This document shows, one piece after another, positions 1-13,569 of a stretch of 60,725 bases of DNA (positions within the stretch are counted from its first letter, which is position 1; every line of letters begins with the position of its first letter). The stretch comes from Stylophora pistillata (taxonomy: Eukaryota): positions 1,842,776 to 1,903,500 of the forward strand of contig NW_019217790.1 of assembly GCF_002571385.2 (NCBI RefSeq), read 5' to 3'. The position numbers were made by a program, and so were the translations under genes. The notes under the pieces are model-generated. The model did not search any database. It was given only the letters and a program-made list of their open reading frames with translations, and was not told the origin of the DNA.

Positions 1-1
1 T

Positions 2-190
2 GAATTTTGTGACAGCGGTGCTTACGGTGGGGAGTCTGTTGCTCGAAAGGTCAAGGAAAGGGCGAAGAAGAAACAAGTTACACGGAAACCAGTGTCAAGT
101 ATCCAAAAGTATTGGAGAGGTGGGGAGGATGTTCGGGCCCGGACCCGCAGTGGGAGGATCTCACGCCCCCCAGTGAGACTGGACTTATGA
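2..190 (+). mobile_element. 3' end of a probable LTR-retrotransposon (Gypsy-like) pol ORF, truncated by the window edge
   Basis: Open frame from base 2 ending ...RARTRSGRISRPPVRLDL*. The TRSGRxxxxPxxL motif is typical of Gypsy pol C-termini and recurs in the Gypsy copy at ~43.95 kb (TTRSGRVVKKPAYLRDY). Confidence 0.5.
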
Positions 191-699
191 CGAGACCACC
201 CTACTGAGGAGATTTTGTTGTGTTACTATTATGGTATATAAAAATACATGTGGTTTTCACTTGAAGTTATTTTAGTAGTCTGAACAGAACAGGAGAAATG
301 TCTAACATCGGATATAGTTTATTATCATTAACTTTTTTTTATCTGCACAAAAAGGTTCCTGTAGACATTTTAAAACTTGTGTTGCGGTCCACCTACCAGA
401 AATATCACATGCGTTTAAGAAGTCATCGTCCACTCATTTGAATGTCGGTTCTTTTGAAATTTGATGTGCTTTTATACATTTGGACAGAACGTATCTACAC
501 TGATCAACATCTACATTAAAATACGTCGGTAAAGTCGTTAGACATCACACCAACGTTAAAAATACAAAAAGTGTAAATAACAACAATAGAAATAATATCT
601 ACCAGTTTAAAGTTTCTCGTTAAAATACTTGGAAATCTTGAGTTCTAAAAGTCTCTAAAGAGATGCTTTGAACAATATCTTTCGGAAGTTTGTTCCATA

Positions 700-1110
700 T
701 TCTGAGGTTGTGTGGAAAAAAGGAATAAAAATATACATTCTTTGTGGCAGTTTATATTAAAAAAATTGTAATTATGACCAGAACGAGTTCTGGCTCCGTA
801 AATTTTAGAGGGGCACAAATAACTATTTTTGTCAATGTCGACGTTGCCATGGCATATTTTATACATTAGATTTAATCTGGCTATTGTTCTCCTTGTTTCG
901 AGGCTGGACCATCCTAGGTCGCTTAACATCTCGGTTACACTGGCTGTAGGTTGATAGTTGTTTAAACAAAACCCTGCTGCTTTCCGTTGCACACGTTCGA
1001 GAGATGAAATGTCCTTTTTAAAATAGGAATCCAAGGCCTCACAACCATACTCCAATTTTGGGCGAACCAGAGTTGTATAAGCAGTTACCTTCACTGGTCG
1101 TGGGCAGTTC
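700..1110 (-). mobile_element. LINE (CR1/L2-like) reverse transcriptase C-terminal fragment
   Basis: ORF 645-1226(-) contains AYTTLVRPKLEYG...LERVQRKAA...VTEMLSDLGWSSLETRR...LMYKI, the conserved post-RT region of non-LTR retrotransposons. Confidence 0.85.
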
Positions 1111-1499
1111 CACGTATGAAATATCACGCGGGATATTATACCCAGATAAGCAACTTTTATGTTCGTACCTTGCGAAGCTTCATTCAGCAAGTATTCCGAG
1201 ACGAGAACATTTGATATTTCAAACACAAACCCAAGTTGTTATATAGAAATCTTATGATTTTCTCTTAAGAAAAATGAACGTAACTATGTAGCTTGTTTCT
1301 CCTTATTCTAAAGTGCGCTAAGTATATGCAGAGCAAAATATAGATTTCAAAAGCGGAGAGTTGCAACTCAAATTTTACGAACAAAGCAATGATCTGAAGA
1401 GAGTTTTAACTGCGCGAGTAGAAGCTAACCTTTAAGTTAGATTATTGTAGAATCGCATTTTCCGCTGAGGGTCTCGAAATATTTTTCCTTATGGTGACA

Positions 1500-1934
1500 T
1501 TTGCTGTCCAGTTCGAGTCTGTCGCTTAGAAAATTGACATTAAGATGACTACCTGCATTAATTGCAGCGGAGTGGGTTTCCTTTAGAGGCGTTTGACAGG
1601 CCGTTAATCAGTTCATCATTCTCAAGTTGTCTCAGCCCGATTACCGAACTTATGTAAAAAGGTCTTAGTGGAGATTTTTCCATTTAGTTCCTCAGAGATG
1701 ACATTCCTTGTAAAGGTTTCGGAAGAGTGCTTCCATTTAGAACGCCTTGCTTTGTTGACCTTAGCGAAAGTTGGAGTTAGGTCGAAGTTCTGACAGAGTG
1801 TGAGGAATTCGATTGAGCCATCGCAGTTAATCTGTTTCTTGCTGCATTGTTCAAGTCTCCTGAACAAATGTAGCTGATTATCGCGTTTTAAGATTCTTAT
1901 CAATAAAGATTTAGAAATGCAAAGACTAGCTTTT
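1500..1934 (-). mobile_element. Possible Penelope-like element N-terminal ORF fragment, running into a gap
   Basis: Peptide LFRRLEQCSKKQINCDGSIEFLTLCQNFDLTPTFAKV resembles the FLxxCxxxxLxPxF motif of PLE ORF N-termini. No catalytic motif visible. Confidence 0.4.
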
Positions 1935-2582
1935 NNNNNNNNNNNNNNNNNNNNNNNNNNNNNNNNNNNNNNNNNNNNNNNNNNNNNNNNNNNNNNNNNN
2001 NNNNNNNNNNNNNNNNNNNNNNNNNNNNNNNNNNNNNNNNNNNNNNNNNNNNNNNNNNNNNNNNNNNNNNNNNNNNNNNNNNNNNNNNNNNNNNNNNNNN
2101 NNNNNNNNNNNNNNNNNNNNNNNNNNNNNNNNNNNNNNNNNNNNNNNNNNNNNNNNNNNNNNNNNNNNNNNNNNNNNNNNNNNNNNNNNNNNNNNNNNNN
2201 NNNNNNNNNNNNNNNNNNNNNNNNNNNNNNNNNNNNNNNNNNNNNNNNNNNNNNNNNNNNNNNNNNNNNNNNNNNNNNNNNNNNNNNNNNNNNNNNNNNN
2301 NNNNNNNNNNNNNNNNNNNNNNNNNNNNNNNNNNNNNNNNNNNNNNNNNNNNNNNNNNNNNNNNNNNNNNNNNNNNNNNNNNNNNNNNNNNNNNNNNNNN
2401 NNNNNNNNNNNNNNNNNNNNNNNNNNNNNNNNNNNNNNNNNNNNNNNNNNNNNNNNNNNNNNNNNNNNNNNNNNNNNNNNNNNNNNNNNNNNNNNNNNNN
2501 NNNNNNNNNNNNNNNNNNNNNNNNNNNNNNNNNNNNNNNNNNNNNNNNNNNNNNNNNNNNNNNNNNNNNNNNNNNNNNNNNN

Positions 2583-2673
2583 CCAATTGTGGGTAGTATT
2601 GAACCAATTGTGGGTAGTATTGGACCAATTGTGGGTAGTATTGAACCAATTGTGGGTAGTATTGAACCAATTG
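2583..2673. repeat. 21-bp minisatellite (ccaattgtgggtagtattgaa), at least 4 units, running into the N gap
   Basis: Direct tandem units with no spacers; the array probably continues into the gap 1935-2582. Confidence 0.9.
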
Positions 2674-2849
2674 TTCTAAAAGGAGATTTGAAGATTCCGG
2701 AGATTCCGCCGATAAAGCAGCCACGAACAATGACCACCCGTAAAAACTCTTCTTTTGGACGCTCATACGCTTCTGTTGGGCAGCTGGGTTTCCGCTTCAC
2801 GTGAATATCTTACTTCTTGATCCCTTTTCACGCTGGTTAAATAAAAGCT

Positions 2850-4004
2850 TCAAAGTTTGGAGTTGCATTCATTATTTCCTTGTTGAGCTGAAAACTCTAA
2901 AGTGCATGCCCTTACGGTTGTCCTTGAATCGCCCTTACTTCCCAGTGCAGAAATATCTGTAGCTTGGCTAATTCTGTGAGCAGTAGATCGCCTCCTCTCC
3001 AGCGCCAAGCCTCTATCACTTGAAAGTGTTATGTCAGGTGTCCTTCGTAAGACTTTCCATGCCATTCTTTTCAATGTGCCTCTCATTTCTTGGTTGGTAA
3101 AACAGAATAGACAAGGATTCACCGCTGAGCAACTGTACTGAAGGGACAAAGTGATTGGGTACACAAAAAGGGGTATGCTGCGTGCGCCTATGATTAGCCC
3201 CATTACGAGCACGACCATATGAGGGACCCAACAAAGGAGATACGCACCCACAATTAGAGAAATGCGCTTCGCTGCTCGGAAGTTTTTACGGATTTTTTCA
3301 GCGCTTGGACCCATCGCCGGAACGACGCGAAAAATCCGCTTCGCCTGGTTGGCGGCGATGCGATAGACAATTGTGTTTGTAGTTAACATAATGAACGCAG
3401 GAATGAAGAAACTTCCTACAGCCATGAACAGAGTGTAGCTTTCGACGTTGTCATTGAGGCAGACATGGCCTCGAAGTGCTGCAGGCCGAGCCCTCCAACC
3501 CATCAATGGTAACAGAGCAGCAACCAATGAATACACCCAAACGGTGCCTATGACTCCAGCGGTGGCTTTTGTTGTCGTGAATGCTTCGTATTTGAAGGGA
3601 AAGGCAATAGCAAAGAATCTCTCCATACTAACAGTACAAAGATTTAGCGACACGGCTGAAAGGCTGACTAAGTTCACGGTGGACAAAAATACGCATTGTT
3701 CGGCCGACTTGAAGCGAAATGTTCCCAGTATCAAGCCAATGTTGACTGGAATCACCATGGAAACGATCATTAAGTCGGCTATGCCAAGACTGACGATAAA
3801 ATAATTGCAGATCGTTCGTAAACGCCGATTCATGCAAACAGTTGCGATGATGATTCCATATGCTGCTAGAGATGTGACAATGATTAAAATATAGAAAAAG
3901 GTTACCACGTTTACGTAAGGAGCGCTGTAACTGCTTTTCTTGGTACTCAGATCTGTACAGTTGGAAATTTCGTGCAAGTCGGTTGAGCAATTAATGTTGG
4001 ACAT
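2850..4004 (-). CDS. Class A (rhodopsin-like) GPCR, aminergic/adenosine-receptor-like, single coding exon (~384 aa)
   Basis: Seven hydrophobic segments with NYFIVSLGIADL (TM2), SMERFFAI (DRY variant), CWVP (TM6) and NPCLF (NPxxY variant), plus N-terminal NxS/T sites. ATG at 4004 lies just downstream of a splice acceptor (ttcatttcag, ~4031), so the ORF-track start at 4103 is probably intronic. Confidence 0.92.
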   Translation of the reverse strand: MSNINCSTDLHEISNCTDLSTKKSSYSAPYVNVVTFFYILIIVTSLAAYGIIIATVCMNRRLRTICNYFIVSLGIADLMIVSMVIPVNIGLILGTFRFKSAEQCVFLSTVNLVSLSAVSLNLCTVSMERFFAIAFPFKYEAFTTTKATAGVIGTVWVYSLVAALLPLMGWRARPAALRGHVCLNDNVESYTLFMAVGSFFIPAFIMLTTNTIVYRIAANQAKRIFRVVPAMGPSAEKIRKNFRAAKRISLIVGAYLLCWVPHMVVLVMGLIIGARSIPLFVYPITLSLQYSCSAVNPCLFCFTNQEMRGTLKRMAWKVLRRTPDITLSSDRGLALERRRSTAHRISQATDISALGSKGDSRTTVRACTLEFSAQQGNNECNSKL

Positions 4005-6659
4005 AATGACGCGATGTTTGTTCTGTGCTCCTGAAATGAAATCAAAGGAAAGCATGAAAACTCTTCGAAATGTTATTTCCCCAACATTGACAGTTTGAGA
4101 CACGAATCATTCAATCACTGTAGTGGAATTAGTTTTCCCTCCGACAGCCCATTACATTTCGCTTTGATGATGAATATATATTAACCTTTTTGCAAAATGA
4201 CAGTTAGAAGTGGATCTAAATATCAGAGGAAGGCTATACAAAAATTACCTCACGCCTAGAATTCGTACATCGAGGTATGGATAAAGGCAGGAGACTTTAG
4301 AGAGCACGATCGCGAGAGCTGGATAAGAGCTGTTCGAAGCGCAGCCGGGACTGATTCGAAGCGCAGCCGGGACTGATTTTAAAAGCTTCAACTTAAGTGT
4401 TCTCCAAATTTTCTAAGTGCCACATTGTGCAAAAAGCTAAAACTGAGCATAAACCAATTATTTTTTGACTTAGTGGATACAAAAGTCGCTTTTAAGCATT
4501 TGGTTAATCTTAAATTTTCCATTAAACATCTTTATACCAAAACATTTGTCAATGCAAAAATTCGCTTTGAAGAACCCGAGGCCGGTTTTGATTTTGATGT
4601 TGCCGTTCACATTTGCTGAAGATCGGCCTTGAGAAACTTGCAGTTTTATCCTGCGCGACTACCACAAAGTTATTTGGACGGACAAAAATACCAGTAGAAG
4701 AAGACTCAGGTGTGCTGGTGAAGGGGCCTTGCCGCGAAACTGGACGGGAATTTTACCAAAAAAAAAAATAAATTGCACGCACTATGTTTTGTTTGTACGG
4801 CGGTGCGTATATAGGGATGTAGACCGTGCTGGCTTAATAAGAATTAGATAAGACACAAGCGTCACCTAAGGACTGTTTTTGAAAAAAGGATCTGCTATCG
4901 CATAGCTCAAAGTTTCAATCCTTTAAAAAATTTAAGAATTGGAAAACAAATAATAATAAAAAAAAACAACAAATACCTTAACTCCTCGACGTTTCCTTTA
5001 GTTATACTTTTTCATATGCATCACCCGGCATGTCCCAACTGTAACTAAGCCAAATTTTAAGAGGAAAAACTAACGCATGCAAGATGAACGTCATTCACTA
5101 CAACCGTTCACACATTCTGTCGAGCGTAAATTGTTTTGCTATCATTATTTTTTCCTTCGTCAACAGGATAAATTTCACTTCCTTGATCTTCGCCGATACA
5201 ACTTCGAAATTTGTAAACACCCCACAGTTTTGAATATTAGATGAATCGGTTTTTGAGGCAGTTGATATATTAACTATTGGGTCAACTTTCCTGGTGGGAT
5301 GATAATAACGCATTGTTAGTTCGGACAGGTGGAAAAGTTTCTAAAATAACTCATTATTTTGAATTGGTGTAAAAACTCAGTTTTTTTTATCTCATCAAAA
5401 AGACATTTGCAATCATTTTATATAAATTACATTTTGAGTAGTTCTGCAAAAGCTTTCTAACACGTTTTGAGGGTAATGTTGTATCGCATGACAGATACTT
5501 AAAAATAAAACACAGAGCAGAAGTGCTTATTCGATTCGTTTTGATTTGTAATTTTCATGGATTAGCCGAATCTTAGTTTTTTTCAAGACGAAGAGAGGCG
5601 TCATTTCGTCCAACGTATAAAAGAAAGCTGTTTGCGTGGTTTTTTCTAATGTCTGAGTGAGCAACATAAAAGACAAATGTCTCCGTTTTTTGCTTAGGTA
5701 AAAAAGAAAAATAAAACATGTCCGACGAACAATTATGCGCGGCTTGTTAAAGAGCATCTCACCTAAGCATTGTTCTTATACAAGAGTTTGTCTAACAGCT
5801 ATATTATTCTTACATAAATGCAGCCACACTTAGCAATTTCTCTTGTTCGATCCTTCTACAATTAATTATTTTGGTTTCATTAGTTCAACGAAATGTTTTT
5901 ATAGATTATGGTGCTTGATCGCGCGGAAGCATTTGGCTGGCATTTCTTTGTTTCAATTCTATTAAGATTTAGCAAAACAAGCTTTGGGTTCCGGCAAATA
6001 CTATTATAATATTGTCAGGCCGAAATCGTAGTTTCTTTCAGCTGTAGTTCCATTAGATAACATGATTTGCGGGGTTCAAAGAAACACCGTGAATAAAAGT
6101 CTGGACAGAAATAATATTTGCAAACAAACCTTATTTTTCGAGATATTGTAAGTTAGTCAGTAAACCTATCGAACTTTCCTTTTATCCACTATGAATCTCA
6201 CCCAACTGACTTACTTCGACCTCTCAAACATTGCATTCGTTAAATTACATATTCTCTTCCGTTTCGGTCAACATTTTCACCTCATTTTTCATCGACCACA
6301 ACCTGGTCGACTAGTTTAGCAAAGGAAAGGCTTAAGCTCCAAACAAGCTTTGTTGCTGATTAAAAATTTTGACAATCTAGTTGAATTACCGGATACCGGA
6401 TGAACAAGATCTATATAAAAAATTCAGGTTTGCTATTTCCAAAATGCTTCCCGTGAAAGGACAAAGCATGATAAAAATAAAAGGAGGATCTGACGATAAA
6501 ATTCGAACTGAACGCTAGTAAAAATTGAAATAAAAAGAGAACGAAATAGATAGCACTCGTAGGTAACTTTTTTTTAAGTGCTTTAACACACTTATCTTTT
6601 AATGCTATTTTCCCACCAATAACGGAGCTTCATTTTCTGCCTTTAAAAGAACACACAAC

Positions 6660-6830
6660 CCACAATTCCTCTATTCGCTCCGACGAAGGGCTAACGCTCG
6701 AAACGTCAGCTTTTGTAATCGTTACGGTGGCCAATTTACTATTTCAACTTTGTTGATATATCCAAATTATTTCGTTACTCCCACCGACGCAGCCCCAAAC
6801 AGTTTCTTTCGAAACTATCAGCCTCTATCT
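6660..6830 (+). mobile_element. Short interspersed repeat carrying a minimal hammerhead-ribozyme-like motif; partial copies at ~8890-8965 and ~11545-11645
   Basis: gct-CCGACGA-a-gggc-taac-gctc-GAAA-cGTC-agc at 6677-6710. Downstream segments (cggtggccaattta; cccaccgacgcagc...cagtttcttt) are shared with the two other loci. Confidence 0.65.
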
Positions 6831-7959
6831 ATTAATGCTTGCCGACATTTCAGATGGCCGACAATTGAAGAAAATTTAAATTTCGAGACGGCTGCATTGA
6901 TTAGTTCAGAGTGACAATAACCATCAAAATAATTTTTTTACAGATTCTGTAAAAATGCATTTTTTTTTCGTTTTTCATTGTTAGTTAAAGCAGACAATTC
7001 CTCAATGATTTATGTCCGGCTAAACAAGCAGTCGCCAACAAGCTTCATGGTTTAAAAATTTGTTGATTTCAATCGCTGCGAAAAAAGCATTGAAGAGAAG
7101 GGAAATTCACGATTTACCTTGCCAAATCGATGGAAAATTCTTTGCCTGATGGAGCTTCTGGTCAGAATTTTGTCCCACGATTTACTCTATTTACGGAAAC
7201 GACGCAGAATTTTTACTACACGTCGAGTACTAATTAATTTCGCGGCCCCTTTTTCAGTATTTGTATCTTTTATGACGTCCTTTGTAATGACCGTGTGTTT
7301 TTTCTTTATCCACGTATAATGAAGCGAATGATTGCATAGGTATCTCCCTTATTCAAGTGAGTTCTGGAAGGTTTTTTATCTAGGGGAGTCTCTAAGTACT
7401 AAAAAGAAACAACAAATTATGAAAACTTTTCCAGTAAACTTACTAATCATAGCAAGCTTGAAAATTGGAAAACGCAATATGTTAGAATACGATAAAAACA
7501 AACAAATCAAGTGTGGGAAAGTGAACAGAAAACATGAAAATGACGCTGAAACTATAGAGAAATTTTGTCTTTAGGGCGAGTTTTGAAGTTAGTTCTCATT
7601 TTGCCTAAGGGCCAGGGAAGGAAATTATTAACAAATGGTAAACACCACAGCGTACACTATTGAGTTATGGATGCACGCGGNNNNNNNNNNNNNNNNNNNN
7701 NNNNNNNNNNNNNNNNNNNNNNNNNNNNNNNNNNNNNNNNNNNNNNNNNNNNNNNNNNNNNNNNNNNNNNNNNNNNNNNNNNNNNNNNNNNNNNNNNNNN
7801 NNNNNNNNNNNNNNNNNNNNNNNNNNNNNNNNNNATGAATATAGTTTATATCTGACCACTTGCAGCCCAGAGGCTGAATTACGGGTGCAGTGTAAGGTTG
7901 AGAACAGACGTCAGCATATCAGGCGCCTCTGGCAGCCGCTTCAGTCTATCGATCTCACC

Positions 7960-8240
7960 TTCCCACCCATCCCACCCCAGGGGAGGACATCCATCACACA
8001 GTAATCTCGTGTGTGGGAAATTAACGTCTCCTACCCCAACCCTGCAGGAGACGGGACCTCCATTTATTCGTCCCTATCCGAGAAGACTAGAATATCTAAT
8101 CATTTCTTGATGTTATAGAAAGATAGCAAATTCTTCTCAATTATCTTAAGACCTTGAGTGTTGGTCCGGCCGGGGCTCGAACCCTCGACCTCCCGCACAA
8201 CAGTCCAGCGCACTATCCATTGAGCTAACTGGGCGGCGGC
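7960..8240 (-). mobile_element. tRNA-derived SINE, family A
   Basis: Minus strand reads ttagctcaatggatagtgcg...gggttcgagcccc (A/B boxes), followed by a body shared with 15295-15575. Confidence 0.8.
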
Positions 8241-11200
8241 AACTGAAGCAAATCAACGTGTGGTTGCAATTTTTTTCGCACCAATATTGTCACTGCATGT
8301 TAGATTGTTCGAAAAGGTTTCGTCGCTTTTTCAAACGATGCCTCGTCAAAACATGAAAAACGATCAGCTAATCTTCACACGTTTATTGCGATGAGGCTGA
8401 GTGTAGGATATACGCTGTAACACTTGCGATGAAATCTAAAAGAATATGTGATTATCCACATGCAAAAGAAAACCAAAGATACAAATTTGACATATTGCTC
8501 AGGAAACAAATAACTACTTAGTTTTGTCTCGGTAACTTATGTCAGATGTTGGCTCTGGGCAGGATCCCCAAGACTTCTCGAAGTTCAATGAAACTTCAAG
8601 AGATTAAATCTTAAAATACATCATGTTGAGGTTGGTACAAGAGAGGTTCTTCCTGCAACCATACGCTTAAGTACAAAAGTAAACTACTAACGAAGCAACT
8701 ACATATCTTTTGGTTTCCAAAGGTTCTAAGCCAATCTAAACACAAGTAACAAACGAAACTGAGGATTACGCTTACCAAAAAGGCGAAGTTTCTTTGATGG
8801 ATAAGTTTTCAAGTGCGCCTGAGAACGAACAAGTCTTTTTTAACCCTAACACCTTTATAGGCAAGAGAAATTACAAGTTTGTTGTTACGCTTACGCTCGA
8901 AACTTCAGCTTTGAAACTTTTCACGGTGGCCAATTTACATTATCAACTCAGATGATAACACCAAATTAAACCTAAATTTGATTATACATGCTTTCTGTTT
9001 TTTTTTTGCAATTCTAGGAAAAATAGTCAGGAAAAACAAACAACAGAAATTCGGTAATTATACAGTCAACAAACGAAAATACATGATAACAGTTTAAAGG
9101 AAGGAAAGGTGCTTACGATCGTGATACAAGGGGGCACTGAGTGGTTTGGTAACCGGTTGAATTAAGCAATCATGATTTTGATTTAAGTTTCTGTCCGCGT
9201 CATAAGCAATTGGTTCATTAAGAAGCTGATTTTTTCAGACCTCAAATTCGACAACGGTCAATTCACAGATTTCTGTGAAAGTTTGCAGGTGAGTTTTATC
9301 TAGTCAAGTTACTTTGAAAATACCGTCATTTTGTTTGCGATTGTTATTTAATTCGTCCATTTTCTGCGGGGTTCTGTAAGGAACAAATTGGCAATATTGC
9401 CTTTAAAAAGATACACTTTTTACTCTTAATCGACACCTGAGAAGGTCGCCCAAATTTAATGCAACACTGTATCCCTTTATAGGAGAGAAAGTATATGACC
9501 CCTTGCGGTTACTAGTTTTTCTTAACGTTTCAACAGGGCCAGTTTGTGCAGTAAGATATCTACTTTTGACAGAGTTACGCTTTTACACCTTGATATCAAA
9601 AATGCACAACAAGGAGATAGAAAAGTCTACAAGTAAGGTAACCTCAGAGTAAAGCTCCATGTTAAATCTGATTAGCTAGAATCCTTCATTTTCGATTTAT
9701 CGCTGAGGAATCTCATTTGCAGTACCAGACGTTTACACCTTATGCAAATCTTTATTAACAAGAAGTACAACCAATGCCGCACAATTTGAAACCCTAGAGG
9801 ATAAAATACATCACTGATGGCTTCATTAACATTTCTTCTTGATCAGCGCGAGATCTCGTTGGTGTCAGCCTGCTGCACCAGCATGCGATCCGGTAGAGTG
9901 GGATGAATGCCGGGATTATTTTGGGAATCATGCTATTGTCAAAGTAGCGAGTATGATGCCAGCATCATTATTGCAATACTTCAAAAATTCCCTGAGTATT
10001 ACAGTTTAACATGATAAATATCTGTAAGCAGAACTCTGTCGGCAGCAAGTACCTTAAGAATTTCTTTCTGGAAAACTGGCTGGGGGGGGGTAGGTAAGGG
10101 CTCTCAAAAGCTGCCTAAATAGAATTATCAAAGGGAGAATGATGTAAAATGCGAGCATATTTTAGGCATAATGCCATGTTTTCAAAGGGTAACTCTCAAA
10201 AGCAAAGCTCAAATTTTTCGGCATAATTTTTCTGACCCTAATGACTAGCAATTTGACAACATCACTGAAAACAATGCACTTGGTTAGGGACGTCCGTAAA
10301 GCCTCTGCTTCAGAGGCAAACAGTCTTGTAAATGAAAAAAGAGACTGTATCCAAAAAATATGTATGGTTGCTCTAAGGTGGTAAGAAAAGAAGGTATGGG
10401 TCTCGACTTCGAATACGCTTCATTTCATTTTTACCGAGCAATCAAAATGTTAAGAGCCAGACACGTTTCATCTGAGACAAAAATAAAGTACGGAGTCATT
10501 TGGAAAATATTCTAAAACACCTTCACGCTCATGCGCACCTCCCTCAGTTGTTTGGGAGTGAGTACATTTGACTAGCAACCAAAGAATCTCTCCAAGCGAC
10601 TTAATAGATTAACTCTATAGAATATTGCTTTTATTTAAACTATATTTAAGAAGTAAATACCAATTACTATACTTACAAATGGGAGGCTGCAGTGAGGCAA
10701 TGACACAAAACTGGTTCCTGATCACCTTAGTGTTTTATGATCACCGCCGGATTTCTTGAATGGTGTGGCGTTTTGAGTGGCCAGATTTATTGACCTGGAT
10801 TTCACACAGATCAAGAGCTTCATTTGGTGTGATCGACAAAAAGAGACAAGTACATGTAGGTGGAAGCTTAAACTAAACACATAAGACCTATATCGATGGG
10901 GCGAATTTTCTAGCATTCAACAGTGTTTTGTGGGCGATCCTTCTGAGTTAGTGAATAGCACATGCTCTGATTAAATATAAATGCAAAGCTGTGACACGTG
11001 TTTGTTTACTTTATAGGATCATGCAAACAAAGAACTAGAGCTTTGGAACAAAATAATTTCCGCTTTCTACGATTATCAACCCATGTTTTCGACCCTTCTT
11101 TTGTTTTCTAGACAGAAGAAAACAAAAGAGTTGTGGTCTGAAATTAAAACGTGGCTGCTTTAATCGTTCATTGTCATAAACTTTCAACACATGCTTGGTT

Positions 11201-11599
11201 TTCCATGTGGTGATTTCTTCCTTACATCGTACAAATAGTGAAAAGTGAAAGGTAAAGTCTGTCATTCACAAGCCATATTTATGAAAATAATTATCAAGTT
11301 CTCTTCAAGGAATATCTTCCCAGCTACGGATCTGTTCAGCCTTAGGTTTGTCTCATACCAAAATTTAACACACGGAGCACCTATTTTAAATATCGATGAG
11401 CTCTTGACGTTCCTGCTAGCGCAATTTAATAGACTTAAAATATCATTAGAAGTAAAAAGAGTTGTATCATCTTTCAAGTTCTTGTTTGATATCAGTTGTA
11501 CCGGACAATAAGACTGTTCTGGGTAGATGTAAACTGCAAATAGTGGTCAATTTCCATCAGTCAACTCAGTTGATAAAACAAGATCACCTTGTCCCACCC

Positions 11600-11639
<40 letters not shown>

Positions 11640-11979
11640 TCTTTACTAGTGTTAAGGGTCAATGCCCGTATGTAAGTAAAGGCGCTGACTACTAAAAGCT
11701 GCATCGTAGTATACTGAGTGAGTCATGGGTATTGATTGCAAAGTTATGAAGTAAACGATTGAAAATGATAAAGCCCGCTCTAAAATGAAAGAAGTTATTA
11801 CCAGGGCTAAGCTAGATCGAACATCCTCGGTTGCCCGTCAACTTAATTACTTGTGTGAGGCTTTTACACCGTCTTTAAGATTAAGAATAAGTCAGAAATC
11901 AGAGAAGTTCTGCTTGACACGATTGCCGAGAGTGGAAGTAAAATTCGACAAGCTAGTGGCGGACTATCCCTTTTACTTA

Positions 11980-12205
11980 TGATGCACGATCCTCGTAGTA
12001 GAGAGCGCTATTTATGCAATAGCAAAAATCAGACCTGAAAAAAAAATCAGGCCTGTACGGGATTTGAACCACTGACCTCTGCGATACTAGTGCAGCGCTC
12101 TACCGATTGAGCTAACAAGCCAACTGGGAGCAGGCCGTTAAGTTGATTCGTAATAAACCCGTGATGATAAATCAGATACGATGAATATATGAATTTCATA
12201 TATTC
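11980..12205 (-). mobile_element. tRNA-related SINE-like repeat, family B
   Basis: Minus strand ttagctcaatcggtagagcgctgcac...ggttcaaatcccgtacaggcctgattttttt. Related sequence at 13840-14105, 41800-41870 and 59890-59970. Confidence 0.75.
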
Positions 12206-13569
12206 ATCGTATCTGTATCCCTTTTGTGTTTTATGAAATCCCAAATTAAAGCTTATGCGCCACTGTGAGATGATAGCTTTCGAAATCACTCAAATGGGAA
12301 CTTCTTTCTGATCTTGCCCATCTTTATTAGTTCGCACAAGCAATCTGACAAACGATTTTTTTACATGCAGTATTACGCATGCGTCCCACCTTGTCTTAGA
12401 TAACCGGATCACCTGCTAACTTTGAACTTGAGTTGGTTTTACCTTCTCTGCTGGTAAACAAAAGAGCAAGCGCTCACAAAAATAGAAAGTGATCAGGCCT
12501 CGGTAACGAACACATAGCCTCATGATCGATATCTACTACAGCACGAAAAAAAAGGTGGTAGAACTTTAACTTGTGTTCTAAGAGGGTTCTCTTGAATTGC
12601 CTTTAACTTCTGGATTTGTCATAAGGTGAGTTTGGTGGCGTGATCACTTCACACAACGGGGGCCTAAAGATTTTTTGTCGGTAGACCACGACAGGGTCCC
12701 GTTATAAATGGAAATAAACAAATATCAGTTATTTCATGATAACTATAGTAAAACAATTAAGTATTTTAAATGCGCATTTTGTCAACAGTAGAAATCTTCA
12801 TTTCAGAAACGACCACCTTTATTAAAACTTCTTTCCCCTACTGATTCATCTTGTCAATTGATCATTAGAAATTCATTTCAAAATAAATACTGATCATTTA
12901 TTATTATTATTATTATCATTATTATTAGTTTTTATTAAATTAAATTCTAAACTTCAACTCTGCTCAGAGCGAGCACGACCTCTCCGCTTTAATCATAATA
13001 GATGTGCAAACCCTCGTTAGCAATTCGGTTTTTCTTCGTTTTGAGCTTGCGCAAAGAGAACAAGGAAATTGCTTTGTTCAAAGCAGTGTCACTTGTCTTT
13101 CGGACTATCATCCCCAATCTGGAGCGTAGTTACAAGTAAGGATTAAAATAATTATTAAGTGCCACAACACTAAGCTATGAAAAAGGGACAAATTCTCTTT
13201 TATTGTTAAGAATTCCCCTCAGTGAAACTGAGTTTTCATTTCCCGAAAGTCTCAATGTTCCCCGAGCCAAAGCCATTGTTCCCTAGGGGCCATTCATCAA
13301 GTATTTTGGTATACCTCTACCCCTAAAAATAGGAAATTGACTACACTGAAAAAGTTTTTTTTTTTTAGCGGGCTGGCACACAAATTTGCTCATCCTGTGC
13401 GAGTGGGAAGTCCAAGCTTGGGAGTTAATAGTCGTGTTTTGTTCATTTGTGTTTTACAAAAGAACGACCTTTTAAAACGTAAACAAACATTTAATCTTTA
13501 AATACACACGGCACAAATTACTTGAACAACCAAATTTATCTTCGGCTAAATTACGTAAGGGACAAGTCC

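Noticed and set aside
2583-2673. 21-bp repeats as a CRISPR array or repeat protein
   Set aside because: No spacers and a eukaryotic context; the long ORFs over it are artefacts of translating through Ns.
4333-4377. 22-bp tandem duplication (ttcgaagcgcagccgggactga x2) upstream of the GPCR
   Set aside because: Simple local duplication with no further structure.
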